Assembly: GCA_964595485.1 (NCBI GenBank)
Contig: CAZQQN010000007.1
Coordinates: 23,182-87,181, forward strand
Source of the DNA: an uncultured Sphingobacteriales bacterium
GTDB lineage: Bacteria; Bacteroidota; Bacteroidia; CAILMK01; CAYYUA01
Direction: 5' to 3'
DNA: 64,000 bases
In this document: positions 38,857 to 49,295 of the stretch, one piece after another
Layout of the letters: the number at the start of each line of letters is the position of its first letter
How positions within the stretch are numbered: position 1 is the stretch's first letter
The notes under the pieces: model-generated
Seen by the model: only the letters and a program-made list of their open reading frames with translations
Told to the model about the DNA's origin: nothing
The model's database searches: none
Program-made: the position numbers and the translations under genes

Positions 38857-39414
38857 CTAAGCCGTTTGTTGGTTAGGTGCCTCAGAGCCTTTGGCTTCGC
38901 TGCTACTTCCGTTTTGGTCTGAAGCTTCCCCATAAGCTGATTCTGCGCCTCCGTTTTGTGAAGTATTTTGGGGCCTGTTTTTCTGCTTAAGCATATCAAT
39001 GAGAACGTTCTGGTTTTCAATGATTTTGTCTTGCTTCTTCTTGGTTTCCCTGAGCTCTTTTAGGTCCTCTTCATACTCCTTAACTTGGGTTGCAAGGGTT
39101 TTACCTTTTTCACCTGTCTGTTCTTCATCAGTCATGGGGCCTTTACCAGTCATCAACCAAGACCAGTTAACGCCTGATATATTGATGATTTTTGTTAATA
39201 AAGGAATGGTTGGAAAGGTGTTCCCATTTTCAATATTAGAAAAATGACTTTGGGGAATTTCCAGGCGTTTTGCAACCTTGGTTTGATTCTCCCCGAACAC
39301 TTTTTGCCGAATATCCTTTATCCGGTTTCCAATTTCCTTTTTGTAGGCTAGAATTTCTGGAGTGTGAGTTTTCCCTTTTCCCTTTCCTTTTGTTTTGATT
39401 TCTTGAGTTTCCAT
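38857..39414 (-). CDS. XRE/Cro-C1 HTH transcriptional regulator with coiled coil
   Basis: IGNRIKDIRQ....NQTKVAKRLEI.QS.FS.IENG...P and VNWSWLMTGKGPM motifs. Confidence 0.85.
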   Translation of the reverse strand: METQEIKTKGKGKGKTHTPEILAYKKEIGNRIKDIRQKVFGENQTKVAKRLEIPQSHFSNIENGNTFPTIPLLTKIINISGVNWSWLMTGKGPMTDEEQTGEKGKTLATQVKEYEEDLKELRETKKKQDKIIENQNVLIDMLKQKNRPQNTSQNGGAESAYGEASDQNGSSSEAKGSEAPNQQTA

Positions 39415-40118
39415 GTTAACTAATTTTTAATTGGTTTTTATTCAAAAAAGATTACAAATTATGATATAGATAAGTTTCACGTAAACAATAGTAACGAATT
39501 AGAGCAAAACTTGTTTAATTTTTTTGAAAGAATATATTCAGATTGTTTTTGCTATTGCCTGTTGGATGGTTTTTTAATAGGTACTTAACATTTTAAAAAA
39601 ATCATATTCTAATGCAATAAAAGTTTTTACAATTGAATTTTAAACTCAATCGATGAATGTAAAAGTATTTGATTTAAGTCTTTCAAATTTGCTTTTGAGA
39701 ATTCAAAAATAATGATACAAGTTACAACATCAAATTAATAAACAAGAATTATACCATAAAATCATTTTTGGGATTTTTAAAATGTGAATTTATCAAAATA
39801 TCTCTTAATTACTCGCAGTATTTGATTAGAGGACTATTTGGAAGAAGTGTCATAATCAATTGTTAAATTAAACTGCGTTTAATCAATTAGAAAATTAAAT
39901 GTTTATTAATGGCCTTGAATGCTTAAAATCTTGTTTATAAAGCCCTTAAAATACCGAGCTATATTAAAAATGAACGCTGTTAAAAAATGTTTTTAAGTTG
40001 TTAAATCTTACATTATAGCATAATAATTGGTAAATTAGCACTTATTACATGGACGGGATTTTAAACTTGTTTCATTGGTTTAGCTCTTGATTACTTAACC
40101 CTTAAATAAATTAAAGGA

Positions 40119-40958
40119 ATGCAATACAAAAAAAACTTGCAATTCATTTCATCCAATAAAAAACCGATTTTATTAGATGTTTTTTACGAGGGCAGTGATA
40201 AAGAAAAACCTGTTGTGATATTTTGTCATGGTTTTAAGGGGTTTAAAGACTGGGGCACCTTTGATCTTATTGGGGAGTTTTTCGCTAAACGGGGGTATTC
40301 TTTTATTAAATTTAACTTTTCACACAATGGAACAACTCCAGATGAACCTGATAGTTTTGCTGATATAGATGCTTTTGCTGAGAACAATTACTCAATTGAA
40401 TTGGATGACTTGCGGGATGTGATAGATTGGGTTTACCAAAAAAAAGATATCCCGGAAAATATCTTTGATAAATCCAATATTAATGTAATTGGGCATAGCC
40501 GGGGAGGTAGTATTACAATTCTTAAAACATACGAAGATGATAGAATTCGGAAAGGCATCAGTTGGTCAGCCCCTAAAGAACTAAACCGATGGGATAAGGA
40601 AACGTTAGAAAATTGGAAAAATAAAGGGGTGATCTACGTGGAAAATGCAAGGACGGGCCAACAACTGCCAATGAACTACCAGATTATAGATGATTTAAAA
40701 AGTAAGGCTGACCGGTTAGATGTCCAAAAAGCTGTTCAGAAAATGAATAAACCTTTTATGGTTGCTCATGGTACTGAAGATGAAGCTGTTTCTTACGAAG
40801 ATGCTATTGCATTGAAAGCTTTGAATAGTAATGTGAAATTAGAACTTATTCCAAATGCAGGCCATACCTATGGTGGGAGCCATCCGTACCATAGTAGTAA
40901 ACTTCCCAATGATTTATTTTATTTATTGAATACTTGCCAAAATTTTCTGGAAGAGTAG
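40119..40958 (+). CDS. Alpha/beta fold hydrolase
   Basis: HGFKGFKDWG, GHSRGG, HGTEDEAV and AGHTY motifs. Confidence 0.88.
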   Translation: MQYKKNLQFISSNKKPILLDVFYEGSDKEKPVVIFCHGFKGFKDWGTFDLIGEFFAKRGYSFIKFNFSHNGTTPDEPDSFADIDAFAENNYSIELDDLRDVIDWVYQKKDIPENIFDKSNINVIGHSRGGSITILKTYEDDRIRKGISWSAPKELNRWDKETLENWKNKGVIYVENARTGQQLPMNYQIIDDLKSKADRLDVQKAVQKMNKPFMVAHGTEDEAVSYEDAIALKALNSNVKLELIPNAGHTYGGSHPYHSSKLPNDLFYLLNTCQNFLEE

Positions 40959-41060
40959 TGCTATTAAAATGAAGCCAAAAATATTGGTGCTAAATTGTTA
41001 CAAGGTTGATAGCAATAAGGATTGAGAAAAATCAAATAACTGAGTAGGCAAGCGAAGGTT

Positions 41061-41540
41061 TTATTTTTCAACCCGTTTACGGGTTGCATAATTAATTTTT
41101 AACTGGTTAGCTTTTCTCAGTTCTTGCTTGACATCCGTAACAATTCCCATTTTCACATTTTGATCCACCTCAAGGGAAAAAGTTAAATAGGGCCGAATCT
41201 GCTCGTTTTTCTTGGCCCGCTCATTTTCAACGAATTGGATTATATCGCCAACCTTTCCAAATGCATCATTTAATTGAATACGTGGTGCTGTCCCAAACCT
41301 GGCTTGGTTTTGAGGAGGGCCTATATGAATGTTGCTGACCCAATTCTTTTTTTGGAGTTTGGTTATTTCCGTAGCTTTAGGCAATTCAACTTTCACCAGG
41401 GGCTTTTCTTCCCTCAAAACTGTCGAAACCATAAAAAAGAATAGTAGGATAAAAATAATATCCGGTAGTGAAGAGGTTGATATTCCAGGAGCTCCTTTTG
41501 ATTTCTTCTTTGAAAATTTACCTTGCATATCACCCTCCAA
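41061..41540 (-). CDS. exbD: Biopolymer transporter ExbD
   Basis: SSLPDIIFILLFFFMV TM helix with conserved Asp; real start probably near 41528. Confidence 0.88.
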   Translation of the reverse strand: MEGDMQGKFSKKKSKGAPGISTSSLPDIIFILLFFFMVSTVLREEKPLVKVELPKATEITKLQKKNWVSNIHIGPPQNQARFGTAPRIQLNDAFGKVGDIIQFVENERAKKNEQIRPYLTFSLEVDQNVKMGIVTDVKQELRKANQLKINYATRKRVEK

Positions 41541-42093
41541 CTTTTTCAGGTTCAGCTTCAGAGATTTTCATGGGATATTTCAGTTTAATATCCTTTAACA
41601 TTTCCTTGTATTCTTTTGAATTTTCTTTTTCCTCCTGTAATTTATAGTAAGAAATCTGGAATTTACTTTCTGAATACCGGTTGCGAAGCTCGTTGTATGC
41701 TTCAGTAAGTTCATTCTGAACCTGGATATAAGTATCGTAGCTAGTGCCCCTGTCATTTTTCAAACTAATAATGGGATCTTTATCATCTTTATTAGCTAGT
41801 GCAGTGGTGCGCTTATCAATAAATCGTTTTGCCCTTTCTTTAAGCCTGCTAATGTCTAATGGGTCGCCTTCTACCAACAATTTATCCTGAGCATTGAGAA
41901 GAACAATAAAGACGTTTTTATCTTTTGTCTCAACTGTTGGTGGCTCCCCCTCAGGCATTGGCGGTAATTTTCTTTGAATACCTTTATCGGTATCAAAGGT
42001 GGTGACCACCAGAAAGAAAATCAGCAGTAAAAATGCTATGTCTGCCATCGGGGCAGCATTAGGTTCAGGGACTTTTCGTTTATTACTAGGCAT
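41530..42093 (-). CDS. exbD: Biopolymer transporter ExbD
   Basis: PMADIAFLLLIFFLV motif. Confidence 0.88.
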   Translation of the reverse strand: MPSNKRKVPEPNAAPMADIAFLLLIFFLVVTTFDTDKGIQRKLPPMPEGEPPTVETKDKNVFIVLLNAQDKLLVEGDPLDISRLKERAKRFIDKRTTALANKDDKDPIISLKNDRGTSYDTYIQVQNELTEAYNELRNRYSESKFQISYYKLQEEKENSKEYKEMLKDIKLKYPMKISEAEPEKVGG

Positions 42094-42098
42094 ATGTG

Positions 42099-42416
42099 TT
42101 ACTTAATCAAAGTCCAAATTTCTCCAAGTATAATTCCAATGATGGCTATTCCACCTAAGAAGAAAACCGAGGTAATAGCTGCGCTTGCCAGACTTATCAA
42201 TTCAGGGCTAAAACCCGCAGTTGCAGCAGCAGAAGATGTGTTGGCGTAGGCAATAAGGAATATCAAGCCAATTCCTGCTATACCAGTAATGGTTGGTACA
42301 CTGCCCTTTAGATCTTGGAAAAGCTGGATAAATGCAAAAATGAGTATAGATAGCACAGCTATGCCAAAAAGAACATAGGTTGTTCTAAGCAAGAACTCTA
42401 TAATTCCGGTCTCCAT
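42099..42416 (-). CDS. Small membrane protein of the exbBD operon
   Basis: Three TM helices; lies between exbB and exbD. Confidence 0.7.
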   Translation of the reverse strand: METGIIEFLLRTTYVLFGIAVLSILIFAFIQLFQDLKGSVPTITGIAGIGLIFLIAYANTSSAAATAGFSPELISLASAAITSVFFLGGIAIIGIILGEIWTLIK

Positions 42417-43297
42417 TATGTTTCTGATTTTTCGTTAGAAATTACATTATGTTTGATCATCAAGTCAACCAGTGATATGGATTTGTCTTCCATGTCATTG
42501 ACCAAACCATCGACTTTTGATACAAGGTAATTATAAAAAACCTGCAAGATAACTCCTACAATCAAGCCACCAACAGTAGTCAAAAGGGCGGTTTTAATAC
42601 CGGCAGCCACAAGGGATGGTGAAACATCACCTGCAGCTTCAATTCGGTCAAAAGCCTGAATCATACCGATAACTGTACCCATAAAACCAAGCATTGGTGC
42701 AATGGCAATGAACAATGATACCCAGGTTAAACCCTTTTCAAGCAGGCCCATTTGGACGGAGCCGTAGGATACCACTGATTTTTCTACCATCTCGGTACCC
42801 TCAGACCTTCGGTCAAGGGCCTGGTAGAAAATTGAAGCAAGCGGACCCCTCGTATCCCTTACGTAATCCTTGGCACTTTCCACATCTCCGTTGGCTAGGT
42901 AGGATTCTACATTTTCAAGGAGTTTTCTGGAATTAACGGTTTTTAAATTAAGGGTTATGATTCTTTCAATGCAAACCGCTAAACCAATAATTAGGCAAAT
43001 TAAAACAGGAAACATAAAGTTTCCCCCTTCAATGAAATAACTCAACAACACTTCATGGCCGGAGGAGGCTTCTTCCTTATCGGGGGCTTCTTTGTCCTCA
43101 TCTGCGGCTTTATCCATTGAGGAAGTATCAGAGGCCATACCACTTGTGTCAGTAGCCCCAGTATCGGCTTTTGCAGCTGTATCAGCCTGAGTGGTATCAG
43201 CCATAGCTTCTCCGGTGTCATTTCCCTGTTGGGCAAAAGTTAAGGATGTAGCAAAAATCAGTGTTAGAATAGTTAAATTAACCAGAACCTTCTTCAT
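42416..43297 (-). CDS. exbB: MotA/TolQ/ExbB proton channel protein
   Basis: IAPMLGFMGTVIGMIQAF and GIKTALLTTVGGL motifs; D-T-rich N-terminal extension. Confidence 0.92.
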   Translation of the reverse strand: MKKVLVNLTILTLIFATSLTFAQQGNDTGEAMADTTQADTAAKADTGATDTSGMASDTSSMDKAADEDKEAPDKEEASSGHEVLLSYFIEGGNFMFPVLICLIIGLAVCIERIITLNLKTVNSRKLLENVESYLANGDVESAKDYVRDTRGPLASIFYQALDRRSEGTEMVEKSVVSYGSVQMGLLEKGLTWVSLFIAIAPMLGFMGTVIGMIQAFDRIEAAGDVSPSLVAAGIKTALLTTVGGLIVGVILQVFYNYLVSKVDGLVNDMEDKSISLVDLMIKHNVISNEKSET

Positions 43298-43383
43298 TGT
43301 TCAGTTGCTTTTAGTTTGAAGTGTAATTAATTTTTTAATTTACTTTAAAGACCTTAATAAGGTAAAAATTTTGTAATTCCTTG

Positions 43384-43473
43384 CGGAGAGAGAGGGATTC
43401 GAACCCTCGATCCCGCTCCTAACGGGATACACGCTTTCCAGGCGTGCGCCTTCGACCGCTCGGCCACCTCTCC
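43384..43473 (-). tRNA. tRNA-Ser(GGA)
   Basis: Reverse complement GGAGAGGTGGCCGAGCGGTCGAAGGCGCACGCCTGGAAAGCGTG...GGTTCGAATCCCTCTCTCTCCG; long variable arm; CCA not encoded. Confidence 0.96.
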
Positions 43474-43651
43474 GATATCTGTTTCTGTCTTGCCTTCCAA
43501 TACAGCGATTTGCTGTTTGTTTGCCTAAGGCGGGGCGAATTTACAAATTTTTATTGCAGTTCATCAAACGGCCTCTTCAAAATGCTTCCCATCAAGGATT
43601 AAAAGCTTTATTGTATTTTGTCGAATTCCTTGGGTAAAAGTTCAAAATTGC

Positions 43652-44434
43652 TTAAACTAAATTTACATTAAAAATTGCTTCTGCATTGGTCGTTGTTTGT
43701 TCTGCAACGGTACTTAGAGGTTTGTCCATTATAGCCGCAACCTTTTCACCAACAATGCGCGTATAACTACTCTCATTCCGCTTTCCCCTGTGGGGATGAG
43801 GTGCTAAATACGGAGAGTCAGTTTCCAGGACCAACCCATTCAGTGGTAATTGTTGAACAACCTTGTCCAAACCGGCATTTTTGAACGTGACAATGCCGCC
43901 AACACCTAAATAAAACCCACCAAGGTTAAAAATTTTATGGGCATCTTCTAATGTACCAGTGAAACAATGTAATATGCCCCTTAATGTATCGCTGTTTTCC
44001 TCCAAAAGCATTTCATAAATAGCATCAAAACTATTCCGGCAATGGATAATAACCGGTAATTGAAGCGCTTTTGCCCATTTCAGGTGTTGCTTGAATGCTT
44101 CCCGCTGAAGGTCACTATGACCATCGTCCCAGTAAAAATCCAGCCCAGTTTCTCCGACTGCTACAATACCATCCTGATTGAAAAGCTGGTCTTTTACAGC
44201 CCTTAAATGATCCTGGTAATCATTTCCGACAGAGCAAGGATGAAGGCCCATCATGGGGTAGCATACGCCAGGGTAATCATTTACCATCTGCCACACCTTA
44301 TCAATAGTGCCTTTATCAATATTAGGTAAGAAACATTGGTTGACTGCTTGTTCCTTTGCCCTTTGAACAACCTCATTTCGATCTTCCTCAAATTGTGGGA
44401 GGAATAGATGGGTATGCGTATCTACAATATTCAT
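43652..44434 (-). CDS. tatD: TatD family hydrolase
   Basis: DTHTH, GLHP, GETGLD, IIHCR, GILHCF and LETDSPYLAP motifs. Confidence 0.93.
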   Translation of the reverse strand: MNIVDTHTHLFLPQFEEDRNEVVQRAKEQAVNQCFLPNIDKGTIDKVWQMVNDYPGVCYPMMGLHPCSVGNDYQDHLRAVKDQLFNQDGIVAVGETGLDFYWDDGHSDLQREAFKQHLKWAKALQLPVIIHCRNSFDAIYEMLLEENSDTLRGILHCFTGTLEDAHKIFNLGGFYLGVGGIVTFKNAGLDKVVQQLPLNGLVLETDSPYLAPHPHRGKRNESSYTRIVGEKVAAIMDKPLSTVAEQTTTNAEAIFNVNLV

Positions 44435-44568
44435 GGATACAAAATTAGTTTTATTTCAATGTTCAAAAATGGTTTATATTAAGCTTTGCAATTTTTTGTG
44501 AAAGGTAACTTAGCTGTAAATCGTAGCAGTGGAATTCCTAATTTTGTAGTAGTATAAAGGCTTAATCG

Positions 44569-46011
44569 ATGTTATTCGAGAGTGACGTGTATTTTCTTCA
44601 ACAACTTTTTTTCCCGCAGGCAAAGACCGTGGCTTTACTGGATCCTGAAAATCAAGTGAAGCCAAATTTCCGCTCTGGATTTATTAAAGTAGCAGACCAG
44701 AAAAAAATCCAAGAAGTTGCCCAGATTAAGGAAGGTTTAGTGCTAATTAACATGACCAACATACCGGTCAAACGGTATCCTTTTTATGAAGAAGGGATTG
44801 AAGGGATCATCAACCTGGGCAAAAAGGGTGAATTCTTCAATGATTTTACCAGGGACACTTTTTACTACATCCAGAATGATATCAAAACCATCAGGTGGGT
44901 TTACCCGAATAATCTACGTCACGCTTTTTTTCTGCGTTTCTATGATGCCGATGCAGCTTACGGAAACCTTTTTAAGGGATTTTGCGCTTTGGCTGGGCTT
45001 TTTCGTGAATTGAAATGGATTGCCGATGGTAAGTTTTACGTACTGCACAAAGGTCAGCTTTTTTTTGATAATTTAGGTGGTAAGCAGTATGATAGTTTCA
45101 CCCTTTTTCTAAAAGATTCCTACCATACAGGAAAAGGGTTACTACAATTCATTCAAAATGATCAAATTGTCACTTATGCCAAATACCCGCTTTTTTCCAA
45201 TGCCACGGTTGAATTGGAACAAGAAAATAAAGTATTGCATGAATTGAATAAATATGATTTTAACCATTTGCGTTTTCCTGCTGTTGATCACCAATCCTGG
45301 TTTCTCCAACTTTCGAATATATTATCGCTTAGGCATAAACCTTACACAAGTCTAAGAGCTCAACATTTCAGGGCTATAGGAGAGTATACAAGGGCTTTTT
45401 GTAAGGAAATGACGCTTGAAAACTGGCTTAAAAAGGTCAATGCAATTGAAAAATTGGCTTATATGGGTGATCAAATTAAAAAGCAAGAATTACCCAAGGG
45501 TATAAGCCCCACTAACCTGGCCAGGCTTTATAGGGCCATGACGCACCTCTTGAATGGATTACCCATTGATAAAACGATAACAGTCTCTTTAGTACATGGG
45601 GACTTTACTGAAGAAAACATGACCATTGAAGAAGGGCGGTTAAAGGTGTTGGACTGGGAAAAGGCAGCATTTGATTATCCAGCATTAGGGGATTTTATTG
45701 AATTTGAGGTTTACAGGATGGAATACGAGGGGAAACCTGATTTGCAGCGTTTCATGAATTTATGGGATGATTTGGTCAAAAAGCAAGCTTTTCAAGAACT
45801 TTGTAAAGAATTTTCTCAAAATTTTTTCATTCAATTTAAAGCTTACCTTTTGGTAAAGAATTTGAATACGTGGTGGGAGCATCTGTCGAATAAATTTTTA
45901 CCTTACTACACTAATTGGCAGATAGATTTTTGGCGGAATTTAATAGAGGCCTTTGAGCAAGAAAGGTCAGAACTCAACCCTCTTGAAAATGATGATTCTA
46001 TCACGCATTAG
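44569..46011 (+). CDS. APH/choline-kinase-like phosphotransferase domain protein
   Basis: YAKYP...E.E..VL, HGDFTEEN and VLDWE motifs. Confidence 0.65.
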   Translation: MLFESDVYFLQQLFFPQAKTVALLDPENQVKPNFRSGFIKVADQKKIQEVAQIKEGLVLINMTNIPVKRYPFYEEGIEGIINLGKKGEFFNDFTRDTFYYIQNDIKTIRWVYPNNLRHAFFLRFYDADAAYGNLFKGFCALAGLFRELKWIADGKFYVLHKGQLFFDNLGGKQYDSFTLFLKDSYHTGKGLLQFIQNDQIVTYAKYPLFSNATVELEQENKVLHELNKYDFNHLRFPAVDHQSWFLQLSNILSLRHKPYTSLRAQHFRAIGEYTRAFCKEMTLENWLKKVNAIEKLAYMGDQIKKQELPKGISPTNLARLYRAMTHLLNGLPIDKTITVSLVHGDFTEENMTIEEGRLKVLDWEKAAFDYPALGDFIEFEVYRMEYEGKPDLQRFMNLWDDLVKKQAFQELCKEFSQNFFIQFKAYLLVKNLNTWWEHLSNKFLPYYTNWQIDFWRNLIEAFEQERSELNPLENDDSITH

Positions 46012-46025
46012 CCAAAAATTAGCTT

Positions 46026-46955
46026 ATGGACCTTTCGGTAGAAAATTTAACCAAAAATTACGGGCATCAAAAGGCTGTAGATGAGATTTCATTTGGTCTG
46101 AAAACAGGAGAAGTTTTAGGATTTCTGGGACCAAATGGTGCCGGCAAAAGTACGACCATGAAGATCATCACCTGCTTTATGGCGCCTACGCATGGCGATG
46201 TTAAAGCAGATGGCGTATCGGTGTTTGAAGAACCCTATGATTTCAAAAGAAAGATTGGTTATTTACCAGAAAATACCCCCCTCTACACTGATATGTTCAT
46301 CATTGATTACTTGCAATTCGTTGCACGTTTGCAAGGTATCTCAAGGGAGCATATACCTGAAAGGATTCAAAAAATGCTTGACTCTTGCGGTTTGAACGAT
46401 GAAAAACATAAGAAAATTGGGGAGCTCTCAAAGGGTTATAAACAACGAGTGGGTTTAGCGCAGGCTATGATCCATGATCCTGAGGTGCTTATTCTGGATG
46501 AGCCTACTACAGGACTGGATCCGAACCAGATAGTTGAAATACGGGAATTGATCAAATACCTGGGTAAAGAAAAGACCATTCTTCTTAGCACCCATATTTT
46601 GCCAGAAGTAGAAGCTATTTCAGACCGCATCTTAATCATCAATCAGGGCCAGATAACCGCAGACGGAACACCTGAAGAACTAAGAGGTAAAGCTCAGGAA
46701 AATGAATTGCTTGTAATACAGGTAGAAGGGGAGCAGAACCCGGATACGATAAGTGACCAAATTAATCAGCTGCCGGAAGTGGAGCATTGCCAATTAATAG
46801 ACACCAGTAACATGCAGTTTCAAATAACCAGTAAGGCAGGTAGTAGTGCTAAGCGGCCTATTTTTGACCTTTGTGTAAAAAATCAATGGTACCTTCTTGA
46901 AATGCGTGAAGCGGAGACTCGACTGGAAGATGTTTTTAGGCAATTAACCCAATAA
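46026..46955 (+). CDS. gldA: GldA-like ABC transporter ATPase
   Basis: GPNGAGKSTTMK, LSKGYKQRVGLAQA, ILDEPTTGLDPNQ and STHIL motifs. Confidence 0.85.
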   Translation: MDLSVENLTKNYGHQKAVDEISFGLKTGEVLGFLGPNGAGKSTTMKIITCFMAPTHGDVKADGVSVFEEPYDFKRKIGYLPENTPLYTDMFIIDYLQFVARLQGISREHIPERIQKMLDSCGLNDEKHKKIGELSKGYKQRVGLAQAMIHDPEVLILDEPTTGLDPNQIVEIRELIKYLGKEKTILLSTHILPEVEAISDRILIINQGQITADGTPEELRGKAQENELLVIQVEGEQNPDTISDQINQLPEVEHCQLIDTSNMQFQITSKAGSSAKRPIFDLCVKNQWYLLEMREAETRLEDVFRQLTQ

Positions 46956-46977
46956 CTTTCAAAAAAAATTATTAGGT

Positions 46978-47700
46978 ATGGCCAACGTGTTAATCATTAC
47001 AAAGCGTGAATTAAAAGGATTTTTTGATTCTTTAATGGCCTATATACTTTTAGTTCTTTTTTTAGGACTTAGCGGTTTTTTTACATGGCTTTTTGGGCAG
47101 AATGTATTCAAAATTGATCAAGCCAGTCTAACGGTTTTTTTTAGCGTAGCGTACTGGACGCTTTTCTTTTTTATTCCAACCATTACAATGCGAATGTTAG
47201 CTGAAGAAAATCGAAGTGGTACCCTTGAAATGCTGTCCACAAAAGCCCTAGATGATTGGCAAATAGTACTCGGAAAGTTTCTGGCATGCTGGTTACTGGT
47301 ATTAATAGCATTGGCATGCACAATACCTTATTATATAACCGTAGCCAATATCGGTAACATTGACCATGGCGCAACCATAGGTGGTTATTTGGGGCTGGCG
47401 CTAATTAGTGCAGCCTATACAGGTATTGGCCTTTTTACCAGCAGCCTTACCAGTAATCAGATTGTGGCTGTGCTTTTAGCACTTTTTGTTGGTATCTTTT
47501 TTCAAATATTATTTGGATTGATTTCCAATAATCTGACTGGTCTGCTAAGTAACTTATTTCATTATTTAGACTTTAAAACGCATTATGAATCCATTTCAAG
47601 AGGCGTAATCGATACTAAAAATATCATTTACTTACTATCAGTTACTTTCGGCGGTTTGTTTACAGCACAAATCATACTGTCTAAGCGAAATTGGGCTTAA
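46978..47700 (+). CDS. gldF: GldF-like ABC permease
   Basis: KRELKGFFDS, P.ITMR..AEE.RSGTLE.L.T, GKF and ISRGVID motifs. Confidence 0.82.
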   Translation: MANVLIITKRELKGFFDSLMAYILLVLFLGLSGFFTWLFGQNVFKIDQASLTVFFSVAYWTLFFFIPTITMRMLAEENRSGTLEMLSTKALDDWQIVLGKFLACWLLVLIALACTIPYYITVANIGNIDHGATIGGYLGLALISAAYTGIGLFTSSLTSNQIVAVLLALFVGIFFQILFGLISNNLTGLLSNLFHYLDFKTHYESISRGVIDTKNIIYLLSVTFGGLFTAQIILSKRNWA

Positions 47701-47746
47701 TAAATAACGAATTTACCTGTTGAAAAAAGGTTAAAACCGGTTCACT

Positions 47747-49270
47747 ATGCAGATTACTAAAAGCCAGCTATTAACTCGCATTTTCCTGGTTTTGGGTATT
47801 CTCATCCTTGTTAATGTTTTATCTGCTGAGTATTTCTATCGGCTTGATTTTACGGCCGATCAGCGCTATACCTTAAGTAAGGCTACTAAGAAAATTCTTC
47901 GGAATTTGGAAAAGCCTGTTACTGTAAACGCCTACTTCTCAAAAGATCTTCCCGCCAGAGTTGCTAAAGCAAAACGTCATTTCAAGGATTTATTGACGGA
48001 ATACAGTAATCACTCAGAGAAGGATTTTGTTTACAACTTTATCAATCCTAACAAGAACGAAAAAAGTGAGAAGAAAGCCCGCCGCAAAGGTATCAAGCCA
48101 TTTGTTCTCGGAACTCGCAAAAGGGACCAGGTTCAGCGTCAAAGAGCGTATATGGGGGCCGTCATTCAAATAGGTGACCAAAGTGAAGTCATATCCAGGA
48201 TTGAGCCTGAAGGACCCGCTGAATACAAATTGTCATCTAATATCCACAAACTAACTCAGTCCGAGAAGCCTAGCGTTGCAGTTTTTAAAGGGCAGGGTGG
48301 CATTGCGAAAAATGACCTTGGACAGACCCTCCAAGACCTAAAGGTAATGTACAATGTCGAGGAGTACCAATTAAAAACAAATGATCGTATCCCATCAAAA
48401 TACCGGACCGGGATCATTGTTAATACGTCCGACTCGTTTAGTCAACCTGTTTTAAATCAACTTGACAAATTTCTGAAAGCTGGGAATAATTTATTAATTG
48501 CAACAGACCGGGTGGAAGATAACCTTCAAGAACAAAGCTTATCTACTGCGAATACAGGCCTTGAAAAATGGCTTGAAAATAAGGGGATAACCTTAAGGGA
48601 CCAGGTATTGATTGATGCTCAATGTGGTGCAATTCAGGTACAGCAAACTGCTCAGGGTCGTAGAGTCATGCGAAATGTAAAATTTCCTTTTTTCCCGATA
48701 ATAAAAAAATTTGAGAAGCATCCGGTTACCAGGTCTGTTAGTCAGCTTTTTCTGCCATTCTCAAGTACTATCGATACCGGGGAAGAAACCGGGCTAAATT
48801 TCCATGTCTTAGCGAGAAGTTCTAAAAAAACCGGGCAAGTCAGCCTTCCTCACAGCATTAATGTTAATAAAAATTGGAAAGAAAGCGATTTCCCAAAAAA
48901 CCATGAACCTATTGCCATTGCTGCAAAAGGGAAATTGGGTGTAAGTGATAGTGTAAGCAGGCTGGTAGTTGTCGGTAGTGATAAGCTTATACAAAAACAA
49001 AAGAAAAACCAGGGCAGAAGGGGTAGGACGAAGGTTAGAGAAGGCAATGCCAACTTTTTTGTCAATGCGGTGGATTGGCTATCTGATCAAATGGGCCTAA
49101 TGGAGCTACGGACTCAGGGTGTTGATGCCCGTCCTTTAGACGATATTTCTGATCAAAATCAAAATTTATTGAAATACAGTAATGCATTTGCCCCTATCGT
49201 TTTGATTCTTGTTATTGGTTTGCTCCGTTTTCAAATTCAGCAAGCTAAACGTAAAAAATGGCAGGCTTAG
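47747..49270 (+). CDS. gldG: GldG-like ABC accessory periplasmic protein
   Basis: RLDFTADQRYTLS..T, HPVT and N.NFFVNAVDWL motifs; TM helices at both ends. Confidence 0.82.
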   Translation: MQITKSQLLTRIFLVLGILILVNVLSAEYFYRLDFTADQRYTLSKATKKILRNLEKPVTVNAYFSKDLPARVAKAKRHFKDLLTEYSNHSEKDFVYNFINPNKNEKSEKKARRKGIKPFVLGTRKRDQVQRQRAYMGAVIQIGDQSEVISRIEPEGPAEYKLSSNIHKLTQSEKPSVAVFKGQGGIAKNDLGQTLQDLKVMYNVEEYQLKTNDRIPSKYRTGIIVNTSDSFSQPVLNQLDKFLKAGNNLLIATDRVEDNLQEQSLSTANTGLEKWLENKGITLRDQVLIDAQCGAIQVQQTAQGRRVMRNVKFPFFPIIKKFEKHPVTRSVSQLFLPFSSTIDTGEETGLNFHVLARSSKKTGQVSLPHSINVNKNWKESDFPKNHEPIAIAAKGKLGVSDSVSRLVVVGSDKLIQKQKKNQGRRGRTKVREGNANFFVNAVDWLSDQMGLMELRTQGVDARPLDDISDQNQNLLKYSNAFAPIVLILVIGLLRFQIQQAKRKKWQA

Positions 49271-49295
49271 CAATCAAAAGGAAAATATATCCGGC

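Noticed and set aside
38857-39414. Prophage immunity region
   Set aside because: No divergent cro, integrase, replication or structural phage genes nearby.
39415-40118. oriC, parS or dif site
   Set aside because: No perfect DnaA box (TTATCCACA) seen, the parS-like word lacks one base, and there is no dif-like TTATGTTAAAT arm; kept only as a low-interest finding.
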